Source: Isurus oxyrinchus (lineage: Eukaryota). From it: 64,000 nucleotides of DNA. Shown here in pieces: positions 27,561-40,344 of the stretch. The position numbers and the translations under genes were made by a program. The DNA is taken from the NCBI GenBank assembly GCA_026770705.1, contig JANJGN010000002.1, forward strand, positions 53,010,001 through 53,074,000, in the 5' to 3' direction. Below the pieces are notes generated by a model. That model was not told where the DNA came from. It saw only the letters and a program-made list of their open reading frames with translations, and did not search any database. The first letter of the stretch is position 1, and each line of letters opens with the position of its first letter.

Positions 27561-29767
27561 ATGATGGTGGAGGAGCAATTGAAAGACTAAAGATCACCTT
27601 GAATAAAGCTGCTATTACCATTTTTGTTACTGACAAAAACATTCATCAGAATTTCTGCATATATAGCAGACTACTCAGCAAGGCGAAAAAAGCAGATTTC
27701 AAGCATGATGGAGACAAAGTGGACGAAACAAACACAAACAACAGAAGCAAGAAATATAAAGAAATATAGAAAATAAAGGCAAGTTGGAGGTAAAGGAAAT
27801 TTTATAAGTCATTAAAAAGAAACAGAACATCACTTACTTTAGTCTCATAAATTAATACAGCTCTACCATTAAGCAATTAGAGGTCTATTTTAAAGCATAA
27901 GAAAGCTAGCATTCAGCCCATCTACAGTTTCTTTCACAAACAATGAATTTTTTTTTAAAGTAGGTTCTCAGGATGTGGGCATCAATACCAAAACAAACAT
28001 ATATCGCCCATCCTTCTCAGTGATCTGCCCCATAATTACAGTGATGTTGTTTCATTATGTATTTTACATTTATTTTGTCTCAGCAACAAGCTAATCAATT
28101 TGTGAGAGCTGAAACAAACACAAAGTATAAACAGCCATACATTGGGAGCTTGCTGGCTATATTTGGCCAGTGGCTGGTCTTGATTGAATAAGTCACTGGC
28201 CACCAGTGATTACAGTGCCAAAGAGAGACGAATGCCTTCAAAGAAATGACAAGCAAACTCTCAAGAAACACCAAGCTCTCAGTCATGAAATTTGCTCAGC
28301 AAGCCACCTCTCACTTGATCGTCTTAGCCTTTAAGGGGGAATATAGCAGCATGACCAAGCTTTGAGAACTTTTATTAAAATTTTACATTAAATACAAATA
28401 AGCAAGAAGCCTGTCTGCCACACGTTATAACATTATAAAGATGCCTTGTTACAAATGTTGAATGGCCAAAAAGTATATGACAAACAGCACTGGAGCCATT
28501 ACACAACACTGCTTGCTGCCACTGGTGACAGGAAAGACATCTGATAAGGGACCATTCTGCATCACGCTAGCTATCATGTCATTATGAAATGAATGGATGA
28601 CCCTGGTCATCTTTTCAGGGCAGCCATATTTGTACAGGCCTTTGTTTTACTGTAGCAAAGGCCTGCATGTCAATGAACACCATGTCAAGGTCCTTGTTCT
28701 GTTTGCGGGACTGAGAGTGACAATTGTAAGAATTCTTCCCACTGAGGAGAGAAGTGAAATAGCACAATAATTTCTCAATAGACTTGCTTCCTTTTTGCTT
28801 GTACGGTTCAGAACAGACAACAATCTCTTCAATCTGCAAAAGCTGAAGGCTTGCACAAAGATCACAGAACAGTTATTAAGTGAACTCTTGTTTGCTGAAT
28901 ACCGTCTTCTCAATAGCACGTATACCAGAGGACATTGAGCTGCTCATTGACTGCTTTGCCCAAGCCTCAGAATACGTCTTATGCTCTGAGGCTTGGGCAA
29001 GGCAGTCAATGAGCAATAAGTCTGAAAATGACAAAGATTTTGTACCAATCAGTCCCTGACCACAAAACGCCAACAACCCATAGTCATAATCAACAATGCA
29101 CCTTGCAGCTAACTTCAGAATTTCTGCTATCTCCTGGGAGTATCCTTTCCAACAACACCACGTTGGATGATTAAATTGTCCATCATCTGGCAAAAGCAAG
29201 CTTAGGATTCAGCAGGCTCAACCACGGGGTTTGAAGCGAGCATGGAGCTTTAATCTCAAAAAACAAAGATCAAATTCTACCAGGCAGTGGTTCACACATC
29301 ATTTCTCTACGGTTGTGAGGAAGAGATAACCTACATCGGTATCACAAAGCAACTAGATGCATTCCAACTTCGCTGCTTAAGATTCATCTGCAACATCAAG
29401 TGGCAGGGTTGCAATGTGTTGCAGACCTGGTATTGAGAGCATGCTCGTTAGAGCTCAGCTTCACTGGGTCAGCCATGTGGTTCACATGGAGGATTTCAGC
29501 ATACCAAAGGCGGTGTCATGAAGAGATATTAATGCCTATAATGTTATTGGAAATTATTTTTAAATTGGACTTGTGGTTGGGTCTGTGTCTGTGTGTGTGT
29601 TTGCATGTGGTTTAACTGGATTAAAGCCAGCTAGGCTGGGTGCTGTGAAGCATAGTAGTTTTGAGATGTTAGATAAACAAAGGAGAAAAAGATAAAGTGT
29701 ACATTGCATTTGTTGAATAAAGCATTCAAGAGTGGGAGTAAAATTTAGCTGGGAGTCACTAAGCAAT

Positions 29768-30410
29768 GAGCTGAATTTTCCATTCGTTGGGTGGGCGGAG
29801 CTGACCCAATCGCAGGCCGCGCCGCCATTTTGCGCAGGTGAGCCAATTATGGCCCACCCAACGTGACGTCCGCAGGGAAGCACTATGCACTCCCTGTGCG
29901 GGTCGGGGTGGGGTAATCCCTAAAAATCAAGAGTACGCTCTTTCACGCATGCACATGAGTGCAGCCTCAGGGAGATCACCTTGACTTTTAAAAATATTAA
30001 AAATAAAGAAAAAAAATCCCTTTCATGTCCCCTCATGTGACAATGTCACATGAGTTGGGACATGTTCATAATTTCCATAACAACTTTATTAAAAATGTTT
30101 AAACTCTACATGAAACCTCATCCTTCCAGTGGATGAGGTTTCATGTTTTTTCTAGTTGCTGCCGGGTCTCCTGGCCTGTCCGCCAACCTTAAGGTTGGAT
30201 GGGCAGGTCCTTTAATTGCTTAAGTGAACCTGTCCATGGCCTCAATTGGCCATTGACAGGTCGGCAGGCATGCAGCTGATTTTACTGTGCCCCCGCCTTC
30301 CTGAAAATTTAAATGGGGCAGGGTGACCTCGGGGGTTCCGCCCAACGCCAACCCACGTCATTTTATACGTCGGCAAGTGGGCCCCGTCTGCCGACAGTAA
30401 AATCCTGTCT
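29768..30410. mobile_element. PIF/Harbinger-type MITE nested in LTR
   Basis: TIRs GAGCTGAATTTT / AAAATCCTGTCT with TSD AAT/AAT. Confidence 0.8.
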
Positions 30411-30537
30411 AATGTGTTTATATTACTAATAAAATTGGTGGAATGAAAAGATTACGGATAGGTGAGATAAAATTTAAAAACCTAGTAATACAACGGAAAA
30501 TTTACATTCAAAGGGAAAGCTGGGTACAAACTGAAAG

Positions 30538-30544
<7 letters not shown>

Positions 30545-30584
<40 letters not shown>

Positions 30585-30603
30585 CGAACGTGCGCGCGCG
30601 CGC
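30545..30603. repeat. (TG)n microsatellite followed by (CG)n-like tract
   Basis: Read directly from the sequence. Confidence 0.9.
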
Positions 30604-31954
30604 AGGGCAAAGGCACTTAATGTCTAACCAGCCTGTAAGCCTACAACTGTGTGCAAAGGAACCAAATTGCAAGAGACCTCGTTTTGAATTCGTAAGGTCA
30701 AATATGCTTTGTCTATTTAAAGTGCTGCCTTGGTGAAGATTTACCTGGGAATGATTAATTTGAGAATTTGTTTAAAAATTATTACGGTAGTAATTTGTAG
30801 ACGTGTGTGTGTTTAATTTCTTGTTAAATTAATAAATGTTTAATTTAGTTTTATATAAAAAAAACCTCTTGAGGCTTAGTGGTCTTATTACTGAATTCAG
30901 AGCTGCATCTCAAACTTACCAATTGAAAATATAGGTTATGACAGTTGTTCAAGTTTTCCTCTGGGATTTAAACAACTCAGCCTTTCATAGCTGCTGTGTC
31001 ATAACACCAGCTGAGCATGGGAACCCGCACCATAGGATGTCCCAAATCCAGGTACAAAAACAAACACAAACAATCTCAGAGCCTGTAAGTTGGATCCCAA
31101 TACAAAGCAAAAGAACAACCCCAGACAGATCCAAATGGTCTATGTCATCAAACAGTCTGAACATTTGACAATAGCAGAGTCAGGTGCCTGCAGGGCAAGT
31201 GATCACACTACAAAACCAGTACCTCTACCCACCCCTCCAACATTGATTCCACATGTAATAGTTGTAATCACAAATCAATATTTGGTTTAACATCACATGA
31301 GGCAACACCAACATAGACAGTGAACAATTCAGTCTCCTTGCTGAACATTCATCTGTCGAAGTGACGTGAGAATCTATCATCTCCTCACTGGCCCTCTTAA
31401 ATGAATTACCGTTAATTTAATTAAACATTTAAATGAATTGCAAGAGCCTGGAATGATTTATTTAAGCATAGTGCTGGCTCACTAAAGCCGACATGTTGTA
31501 TTCTTTTTGTCAATTAACGTGTTAAGACCTTTATACAAATGCTTTTGTCTAGGTGTGAGTACAAGCCAATGATGTTCCAAAGTCTTTTTCACCACATCAG
31601 GTGCCAGAGCTCAAACACTTTTAGGTGATAATATGGCTAACTATTTTCTACTTTAATTTTTGTTTTAAATAGAAAGAACATTTATTTATACAACACATTT
31701 CACTGCCTCAGCACATCCCAAAGGGCTTCAAAGCCAAATTAAATGCTTTTGAAGTTGGTCACTGTTATAATGTGAGAAACACAGAGCATGGTCCCACAGA
31801 TAGTCGTACAATAACGGGCCAGATGAATTATAAACAACAGTGGCCCCAACAGTGACATTGGCTGAGGGATAAATGCTGACCAGGATCCAGAACATCCCTG
31901 CGTTTTTCACAGTGTTATGGAATCTTATATATCCACCCTAAAGGAAAGATAGGG

Positions 31955-32605
31955 TGTTAGGGAAAAATTAAAAATGCTAAAAGAGAACACTAAGAATTTA
32001 CTGAAAAATCCTAAAATCTCCAGGCAGACATGGCTGCTAAATATATTAAGAGTTGAAGATTACCAGATGAACATTGCATAGCCTTGAGAGTCAGACTGGA
32101 AGACACAAGCAGGACACAAATTAGATTAGGTGTACTCCCCTCTCACATAGGGAAGGGGCAGACAGTTTTAGCTTAGATATGGGAAGACATACAATGGACA
32201 AAGAGGGGGCTTTGATGAAACACAGTCTTGAGTTGTGAGAACCAAGGTCGTTGCATATGTGTTTTAATTTTGATTGCATAATATAATTATGTATACATCC
32301 TTTAGAATAATTGGTTAGCAAAAATCACATGTTAACGTACTCAATAGGATAGAGTTAGCATGGGACCGGTGTGTCGGTTACCGATTGGATGTATTCAAAT
32401 GTACTCAAATGTATTGTAATAAGAAAAAGTACAAAAGTAATGAAACGTAATCAATCTGGAAGTTTAGGGTCCCTTGCATATGCTTGAATAAAACTGGTTA
32501 AAGGAATCCTGAGTCTCTGCGGTCGCTGTGTGATCGGGGATTGTAATTTCTCCTCTTCAACTGGCTTATGTGGTAGTTGCTGGATTGGAGGGAGTACCGT
32601 CTTCA
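31955..32605 (+). mobile_element. Solo LTR, 651 bp, perfect 5-bp TSD
   Basis: TG...CA termini flanked by TAGGG at 31950-31954 and 32606-32610; AATAAA near 32487; interrupts a minus-strand SINE. Confidence 0.85.
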
Positions 32606-33639
32606 TAGGGTCTCAGTTGAAAGTCTCATCTGGAAAATGGCACCACCAATAGTGCAGCATTTCTCTACTGAACTGAAACGTCAGCCTAGATTATGTGCTT
32701 AGATCTTGAGTGAAACTTGAATCCGTGAGCTTCTGATGTAAAAAGTGAGAATATGCAAGGGAGTTTCATCAAACTAATTTAAATATTTAATGATCAACTT
32801 GATTTCAGCCTCTAATGCGAAGGAATTGATACATAACCCATTATTCCTCTAGTACCTTTCAAACAGTTCCTCCCATTTTGAAACTTTTGCCACTAGTAAT
32901 ATGATTCTCTCCCAAAGTGAAATGTCAAATAATTGTAAAAAAAGTATAATTCAGCACCTTTTCCAATCCATTAAATCACAGAATTTTAACGGTACAGAAA
33001 GAGTCCATTCAGCCTATCATGTCTGCACTGGCTCTCCAAATGAGCATTATGACCTAGTGCCATTGCCCTGCCTTTTCCCTGTACCCCTGCACATTGTTTC
33101 TATTCAAATAATTATCTAATGCCCTCTTGAATGCCTCGATTGAACCTGCCTCCACCATACTTCTGGGCAGTGCATTCCAGACCTGGACCACTCACGGTGT
33201 GAAAAAGTTTTGTAAGAATTATATAATTTGTACACAGGTTTGCATTACTGGGTTCAACAGATTGTCAATGTAATAATTTCACAATTTGGAAATACAAGGG
33301 AAATCTCAAAATTAAGTTTCTGGAATTTTGTCCTTCAAGTCCAAGATGGCTTCTTGCAAAAAGAGCCAAATTGAACCCACTGCCTCATGTGGCAATTCTC
33401 AGAATCTTTGCTGATACATTTCAACAACAGAAGGATGTGGATACCCATTAGGTTCCTTTAGAAAAAATAATACCTTGCATGATTTGTACGAGAAAACAAG
33501 CATGAAGTCATCTTTCGCAGTGAGCTCAAGTCACTGGAATGTGGTTTTAGTCTATTTTTAAGAAAAAATTCAATTAGGGGTTTCCAGCCAGTAGATTCAA
33601 AAATCATTTTTGACATAAAGCAGGTTTTCATGACAGACA

Positions 33640-34630
33640 ATATGCAGCTCTACCTCACCTCCACCTATTTTATTCCCTCCAGTCTCACATCTAAATTTAC
33701 TCCAGCTAAATATTGGAAAGAAGGCAGCCATTGTCTTTGGTTCCTGTTACAAACTGAGTTTCCTTGATACTAACTCCATCCCTCTCCCTGACAACCACCT
33801 GAACCAAACTGCTATATTTGAAACAAAAACAGAAAATGCTGGAAATATTCAGCAAGTCTGACAGCATCTGTGGAGAGAGAAACAGAGTTAACGTTTTGAT
33901 TCTGTATGACCCTTCCCTTCTGAAGAACGGTCATACAGACTTGAAATGTTAACCCTGTTTCTCACTCCACAGATGCTGCTAGACCTGCTGAGTTTTTGCA
34001 GCATTTTCTGTTTTTGTTTCAGATTTCCAGCATCTGCAGTATTTTGCTTTTATCTTTGCTCTATTTGGCCCCAAGATGAGCTCCAGCTACACAAACCACA
34101 CTAAAATGACCTATTTCCACCTCCATAACACCACACAGCTTTGCCTTGCCTCAGCTTTTCTGCCGCTGAATCCCTCGTTCATGTCTTTGACTATTCCAAC
34201 ACATTTGGCCTCCATAGTTCTACACTCCACAAACTGGAGGTCAAAGTGTGAATGACTCTGTGCCAATAATAAACTTTTTGGGTTTCCAAGTTCAGGAAAC
34301 TCCAAAGAATGGGAGCCTGATCCCTCTGCATTCTGGTTTCAGCTCAAGCACTAGCTCTGGATTCCACACTTATAGCCCCAGCTGAGATCTTTGCGCTCTG
34401 CCAATTCTGGCCTCTTTAGCATTCTGATTTTAATTGCATCACCATGGGTAGCCATTGCCAAGGCCCTAAACTCTGAAATTCCCTTCCTAAATCTTTCCAG
34501 TTCTCTCTCTTTCCTCCTTCAGGATGCTCCTTAATATCTACCTCTTTGCCCAAGATTTTGGTCATCTGGCTGAATATTTGTTTATGCAATTCAGTGTTAA
34601 ATTTTGTTTCATACTGCAGTATTTATATAG
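33640..34630 (+). mobile_element. L2 LINE fragment
   Basis: cagctctacctc, cagctaaatattggaaag, tatttccacctccataac and an L2 3' tail (aagattttggtcatctg); split by the Penelope hairpin. Confidence 0.75.
33821..34056. mobile_element. Inverted pair of Penelope terminal units (about 200-bp hairpin)
   Basis: 33821-33915 is the imperfect reverse complement of 33925-34020; flanked by tgctatatttg / tgctctatttg (TSD-like). Confidence 0.85.
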
Positions 34631-35284
34631 CACCTTTAACGTGACTACAAGTTGTTCCTAATTCAAGAGTAGAAAGAGGACTACCCATATAGTGACAGCA
34701 TAATTAAAAACTGCCCATATAGATTTAGAAGCGGGAGATCCTGCATCATAAAATTCAACGTCTTTTGTTTTGTTTGTTTTTTTTTGATCCGTCACCAGAA
34801 TGAAGAGGGATTCAGACTCCCATTCTTTGGAGTTTTTTGAACTTTGAAACCCAAAAGGTTTGGCATTGACATGGAGTTAATCACACTATGAAAGGACACT
34901 ATACTTGTTGTATGAACATCCCATCGTGACACCAAAACCAATTTGAATTCTGGGATAGAACAAGGAATAAAAATAGGAAACAATGAGCACTTTTGAGAGA
35001 TATAGGGCCAAATTTTCACTCCTGAGTCAGTTGCGCAGAATCGGAATATAATCCCTCTGCTCTCCGGTCCCACTGCTTTCTAAATCCTCAACCTGAATAC
35101 AGGGACTTGGTTTTGACTCTCCACATGCAATGTCACAAGTGAAGAACCAGTTCCTTAATTTATTTTTTTAAATGTAACAGGACATCAAAAAAAAATCCTA
35201 TTGTTTATGCTATTTTTGTGTCTTATGATGTGAAGCCATTCATTATTGAGATTTTAAATTAACATCTGTTCAACAGAAAGAAAA

Positions 35285-35750
35285 CCATAGATCCACAGAA
35301 AAGTTACAGTGCAGAAAGAGGCCTTTCAGCCCATCATGTCTGCACCAGCCAAAAAAAAGAGAAAAAAAGAAAAATACTGCAGATGCTAGAAATCGGAAAT
35401 AGAAACAGAAAATGATGGAAACACTGAGCAGGACTAATAGCAGCCAATGGAGAGAGAAACAGAGTTAACGTTCCAAGCCTGTATGATTCTTCTTCAGAGC
35501 ACAGAGCACTAGCAGCTCATTTTAATCCCACCTTCCAACACCTGGTCCGTGGCCTTGCAGGTTACAACACTTCAGGTGCAGATCCAGGTACCTTTTAAAT
35601 GAGTTGAGCATTTCAACCTCAACCATCAATTAAGACAGTGAATTCCAGACGCCCACCACCCTCTGGGTGAAAAAGTTTTTTCCTCATGTCCCCTCTAATC
35701 CTCCTATCAATCATCTTAAATCTGTGACCCTTGGTAACTGACTCCTCATG
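35285..35750 (-). mobile_element. CR1-type 3' fragment interrupted by a Penelope terminal unit (about 35370-35500)
   Basis: gaattccagacgcccaccaccctctgggtgaaaaag matches the CR1 tail; a similar fragment lies at about 32975-33210. Confidence 0.7.
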
Positions 35751-37039
35751 ATCCAGGATCCCACCCCGATTGAGGCTCCATACACAGTCTTAATGTATAA
35801 AGATGGCAACACTACCAGATAATGTTGTGAATAATTACAAAATCAGGTGTTTTTTCAGGCAGGTTAAATAAACAATGCAATTTTTTTTAGTTATATTACC
35901 CAAAGTATAAGACTATAGATCAGTTTTGCCACCTTTGTTGTTAAATTGCTAAAACTGTAAGTATATATCTTCAACAAAACTTCTGAGAGCTGTCCAGGAA
36001 GCACCATACGCAGTGCATGAAGCATTTAACCCATATGGGTAGAGGGTAATTCAGGATGGATAAGCAATGTAAAAACAAAAAGGGTGTAAAATCCTTAATT
36101 CATTATGCAAGCCCACATTTAACATTTATGACATGCATAAGTACACTCTTTCTTCTTGACTGAAGTTATTAAAAAAAAACTTGAGCAGCACTCAAACATT
36201 ACCTATGAATTTTAAAAGAAACTATTTAAGAATCTTTCAAAAGGAAGTCAAAAATCAGAGAAGGAATTATCGATTAGAAATTGAGCAGCTTTATGTAAAA
36301 TTCACTTGGAGCTTTTCTGCTGTTAACAAATAAACAGTAAAAAGGAACTGGGGCAAACTGGGGCTTTCCGCCACAGTTTTTTCAACCTGAGAGCTCAAGA
36401 TACAAATCATATCTAAACAAAAGGGTTGAAGACACCAGCTTCTCTGATGGTGTATGGGTCCCAGCTGAACTGCGTTTGAACAATTTTTACCTAGTTTCTG
36501 GTAAACACAGGTTACAAAACCAAGCTACTGTAATTCTGCCTAATAAGCAAACCCAAACAAGCCATAATTACCACAGAATGAGTACTGCAAGACATTAAAA
36601 TCCACACACTAGTGCAAGAGACAATGGTTTTCTTGAAAATGGAGTCAAGGTACAGGTAGTTTTTGGAGAGATCAATTCTGCATACATCAATGCTATATCT
36701 GAATCCTGCCTGAACTAGGTGTTAGCACTGAAATAAAAACTAATAGAATGGTCTTAAAATAACATTTTCCAGCTTTATTGGTGCCCTAAGTAATGCATAA
36801 TTCTCAGATCAAAATGGATATTGTTGCTAGGCCAGTCTTCAGCTGCCCACTAGGAATAGCATGAGAGCAATCTAGGGTGACTTATCTTCTTACTTTTCTT
36901 CTCTCTGGGGGGATCTAATTTGCATTTGATGACTCCTCTCAATGGCATAAGGAATGCCATTGGTTAGGAATGCCAGACACAAATTCAATCCTGCAACTTC
37001 TGTCACTCAATTCTCAAGTATCAGTACACTACACTACAC

Positions 37040-38200
37040 AGAACAAAATAGAAATTACAGAACTGAAATAGGCCATTCAGCACAATTGGTTTATTCCAGT
37101 TTGTATGCTGTACTTAAGCCTGGCCCAAACCTACTACATCTAGCCGCACAAGCAGATCCTTCTATTTCTTCCTTCCCCATGTACTTTTTTAGCTTCCTCT
37201 CAAACACATCTATGCTATTTGTCTCAACTACTCCATGTGATAGTAAGTTCAACATAAATACTCTTATTATAAAGCAGTTTCTCCTGAATTTTTTTTTGAA
37301 TTTATATTTCTGACGCCTAGTTTAAAACTTCTACATCTAACCTATCAAACCCCTTCATAATTTTAAAGACATCTATTAGGTCACCCCTGGCCTGAAGAAA
37401 ATAGCCCCACCTTGTCCAGTCTTTCATGATAGTTATAATCTCTCAGTTCTCGTGTCATCTTGTGAATATTTTATACAACTTCACCAATGTCTCTATATCT
37501 GTTTTATAACATGGAGAACAGAAATGTGCACAGTATTCCAAAGGTTATCTAACCAAGGTTCTATATAAATTTAATATAATTTTTCTGCTTTTGAATTCTA
37601 TAACTCTAGCAATGAGCCACAGGGCTTTGCTTGCAATTTTTATAGCTTTGTTAACCTGCATTGCTACTTTAACAACTTGTGAATTTGTATACTTGGATTC
37701 CTTTGTCCTCTACCCCATATAAATTCCAATTTTCCTAGGAGTTTGAGGCCTCCTTATTCTTCCAACTAAGTTGCACCACCTCACACTTGTCAATATTAAA
37801 ATTTGTTTTGTCGAAGTTCTGTCAAAGGGTCATGAGGACTCGAAATGTCAACTCTTTTCTTCTCCACCAATGCTGCCAGACCTGCTGAGTTTTTCCAGGT
37901 AATTCTGTTTTTGTTTTTGTTTTAAAATTTGTTTGTCAATTACACAACCAATCTTCATGGTTATTAATGTCTTGTATTTTGTTGCAGTCTTCCTCAGTAT
38001 TAACCATACCCCTCAACCTAGTGTAACCTGCAAATTTTGAAATTAGATTTGATTCCAGAGTCAGATTCTTTATATATATATATATACATATAAGGTGAAC
38101 AATGGCATTGATTCCTGTAGAATACCATTTCCCATGTTCTACCAGTCTAAGTGACTAACTTTGTTTTGTAGCCTGCTTTCTATCCGTTCTGCTACTGTGT
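37040..38200 (-). mobile_element. Old degenerate CR1 fragment
   Basis: gaaatgtgcacagtattccaaaggttatctaaccaagg (LVRPHLEYCAQF-like on minus) and gtgtaacctgcaaat (FADDT-like). Confidence 0.65.
37813..37922 (+). mobile_element. Short Penelope-derived unit with about 15-bp TSD
   Basis: taaaatttgttttgtc (37797-37812) / taaaatttgtttgtc (37923-37937); starts at the hammerhead-like motif. Confidence 0.8.
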
Positions 38201-38460
38201 ATCCCGACTCCACACCCTCTGACTTTACAGTGCTGCATTTCCATAGCACACAAAACAAATTTTCAAAAACTCAAAAGCACATGCAGTGGTTTATCTGTAA
38301 GTCAAGATTAATGTACTTTATGCATACACAGCAACACATTCCCTAAAATTATAAACTGAAGTCACTCAAACTGGTACTGTAAATTTTGCAGCAAAAGCAG
38401 AAACAGAATTCTGGCACTGCATTTTTGCAAACAGTTAGAAATAAAACATAACTGCCTTAC

Positions 38461-38581
38461 CAAAAACTTTTCCTTTAGCAAAAGGTGGAAATAATTCTGG
38501 ATGCCTGTATAAAGATTTATGAAGCTGCCAGAGCTCTTTGTGAAGTTTCTTAAAATCACTGTAACGTTTCCAAACTACTAT
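38461..38581 (-). CDS. RPS6KC1: RPS6KC1 coding exon 3 (PX domain core)
   Basis: tttcag|ATA...TTT G|gtaagg; 121 nt; IVVWKRYSDFKKLHKELWQLHKSLYRHPELFPPFAKGKVF(G), containing the PX RYSDF motif. Confidence 0.95.
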
Positions 38582-38699
38582 CTGAAACAAGGGGGGAGAG
38601 TCAGTTATTAGCAAACCAATATGGCTATTTGCACCTTAACACAGTAAATTAAAGTAGCTACATTGACAGAGAGAAAAAAAAACCTTAACACAAGGTTCT

Positions 38700-39020
38700 G
38701 GAGTTGCCCTAACAGTGGCTGAGTGCGCCAGACAATATAGTACTATGCCATAGTTTGTGTCATTTAATCATGAACAGGCTAGCAGCTACAATTGGCCTTA
38801 GTTCCCTGAGTGTAGGGGAAAAAATCAGCCAAAAGAACCAGAAATCCTGGCTAGCAGTGACCCCTGTCAACAAGTTCATGTGTGAAGGTCCGGTGAACAC
38901 AGAAAGAGACTTGGCGGAGATCATCTCCAAGATCAAATAGTCAGCTGGCATTCAGCATCTCAGTTCATTTAACTGGCCAGTAGAGCCCATTGAACCACAC
39001 CCCAAAATTAATGTCTTCAG
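38700..39020 (+). mobile_element. Old SINE-like repeat (related copy at about 5270-5540)
   Basis: Shared motifs aatcagcca and gtg(a/g)ccc in similar spacing; heavily diverged. Confidence 0.4.
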
Positions 39021-40344
39021 GACAGAAATGACAAAATTGAGGCAACGTTTTCTTCCCTCCAAACCTGTAAATAGAGCACTATGTTGCTGGTAACTCAACA
39101 ATTTGTGCTATCAGAATAAAAATGAAAATCAAACTGAAAAAAAATCGTAGTGCAAAAATTAATACTGCAGCCAACAGAACAGCTTCAGTGCAAACAGCCG
39201 GTCTGTTTTTCCAAACTTACTGTTTCCAGCCTATAAACCTCTGTATGACAAAAGAATTCCTTGGTGATGAATATTTTAGAATATAAGTTATTTTGCTTAA
39301 CAAATCAACTAAAAACTGTGCGTAAGTCTTTGCCTTGTAACAACATAAACCAGTGATTTCAATATGCAATACCTGGTGTGTGAAAAATATCAGAATTAGC
39401 AGGATTTATAAATAATGTAAAGGAAAATTGAAGCATATGGGAAAATATTAAATTCCAAAATGTTTTGTACTATACATATGATTTTAAGTAAGCAAAGCAG
39501 TTCATTATCAGATTGCAAGATATACACTAGCAAACAATGCAACTTTAACTTCCAGCGTGTTAATTAAATGAACCTTGAGCACCATAGTTTGAGGACAAGT
39601 ACAAAGGCAATTGCATTAAATGGTGGTTTCAGATTTAGGGTGAATTACAGATATGATTTGGCCATCAGTTCCTTTGAAATAATCTAATAAATATTGTAAT
39701 ATGTTCTCAAGGACAATATTTTTGCATGAAACATTTTAAGAAACCTAAATTTTAGCAACTGAAAACAGAAAGTACTGCTTAAATTTCATGCATAAAATAT
39801 GTACAATGCTGCCACAGTGCATTGGATCAGGTGCATTGGGTCAGTACAACCATAATCAGCTAGGTTTTTTTTTCCCCATCAAGCTGGGTTTCTGATTTCA
39901 GCCAGATCTTTTAAGAAACAAAACCAAACATAAGCCAGCACTTAGTCACAAGCAGACACAGGAAAATAGTATGCAATAGAGCACATGGACTCTCCATCAC
40001 CTCCTGTTGGCTGGTTGCAAAGTTGTATAAGAGACTATCATCCAAACATTCCCTCAACCAAAGAATCATTAGAGAAACTCAAATTTGTAGGCTAATAAAT
40101 TTTGTATTTGAGGATTCCTTCACTCTATTTAAAAAATAATAGCAGTTATCCCAACAGGACTGTCCTAAGTCATCCAATCAGGAAGGATCAATAGCACCAA
40201 CCCTATCAGAGAATCCAGCAGTTTTTTGAATAATTACAAAGTGCACACCACCATCACTCATGGAAGCCAATTCCAAGAGTTCATCAGCCTCTGAAAGAAC
40301 ATCGTGATTTATCTTTATTATTGTGGGTTACTAATACTGCGTTA

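Larger units (their letters stand above)
29514..31006. mobile_element. Solo LTR inside the RTE LINE
   Basis: Inverted termini TGTCATGA...TCATAACA; interrupts the RTE reading frame; AATAAA near 30831; no clean TSD. Confidence 0.65.
28200..31330 (+). mobile_element. RTE (BovB-like) LINE, degenerate, with internal inversion and nested LTR
   Basis: Plus strand VRFRTDNNLFNLQKLKACTK..ELLFA; minus segment YKQKGSKS, ISLLSSVGRIL, KYGCPEKMTRVIHSFHNDM; resumes after 31006 (QLSMGTRTIGCPKSRYK). Confidence 0.8.

Noticed and set aside
28435-28803. Twin-priming 5' inversion of the RTE
   Set aside because: Upstream RTE sequence continues on the plus strand left of the inverted piece, so it is an internal inversion and not a 5'-terminal one.
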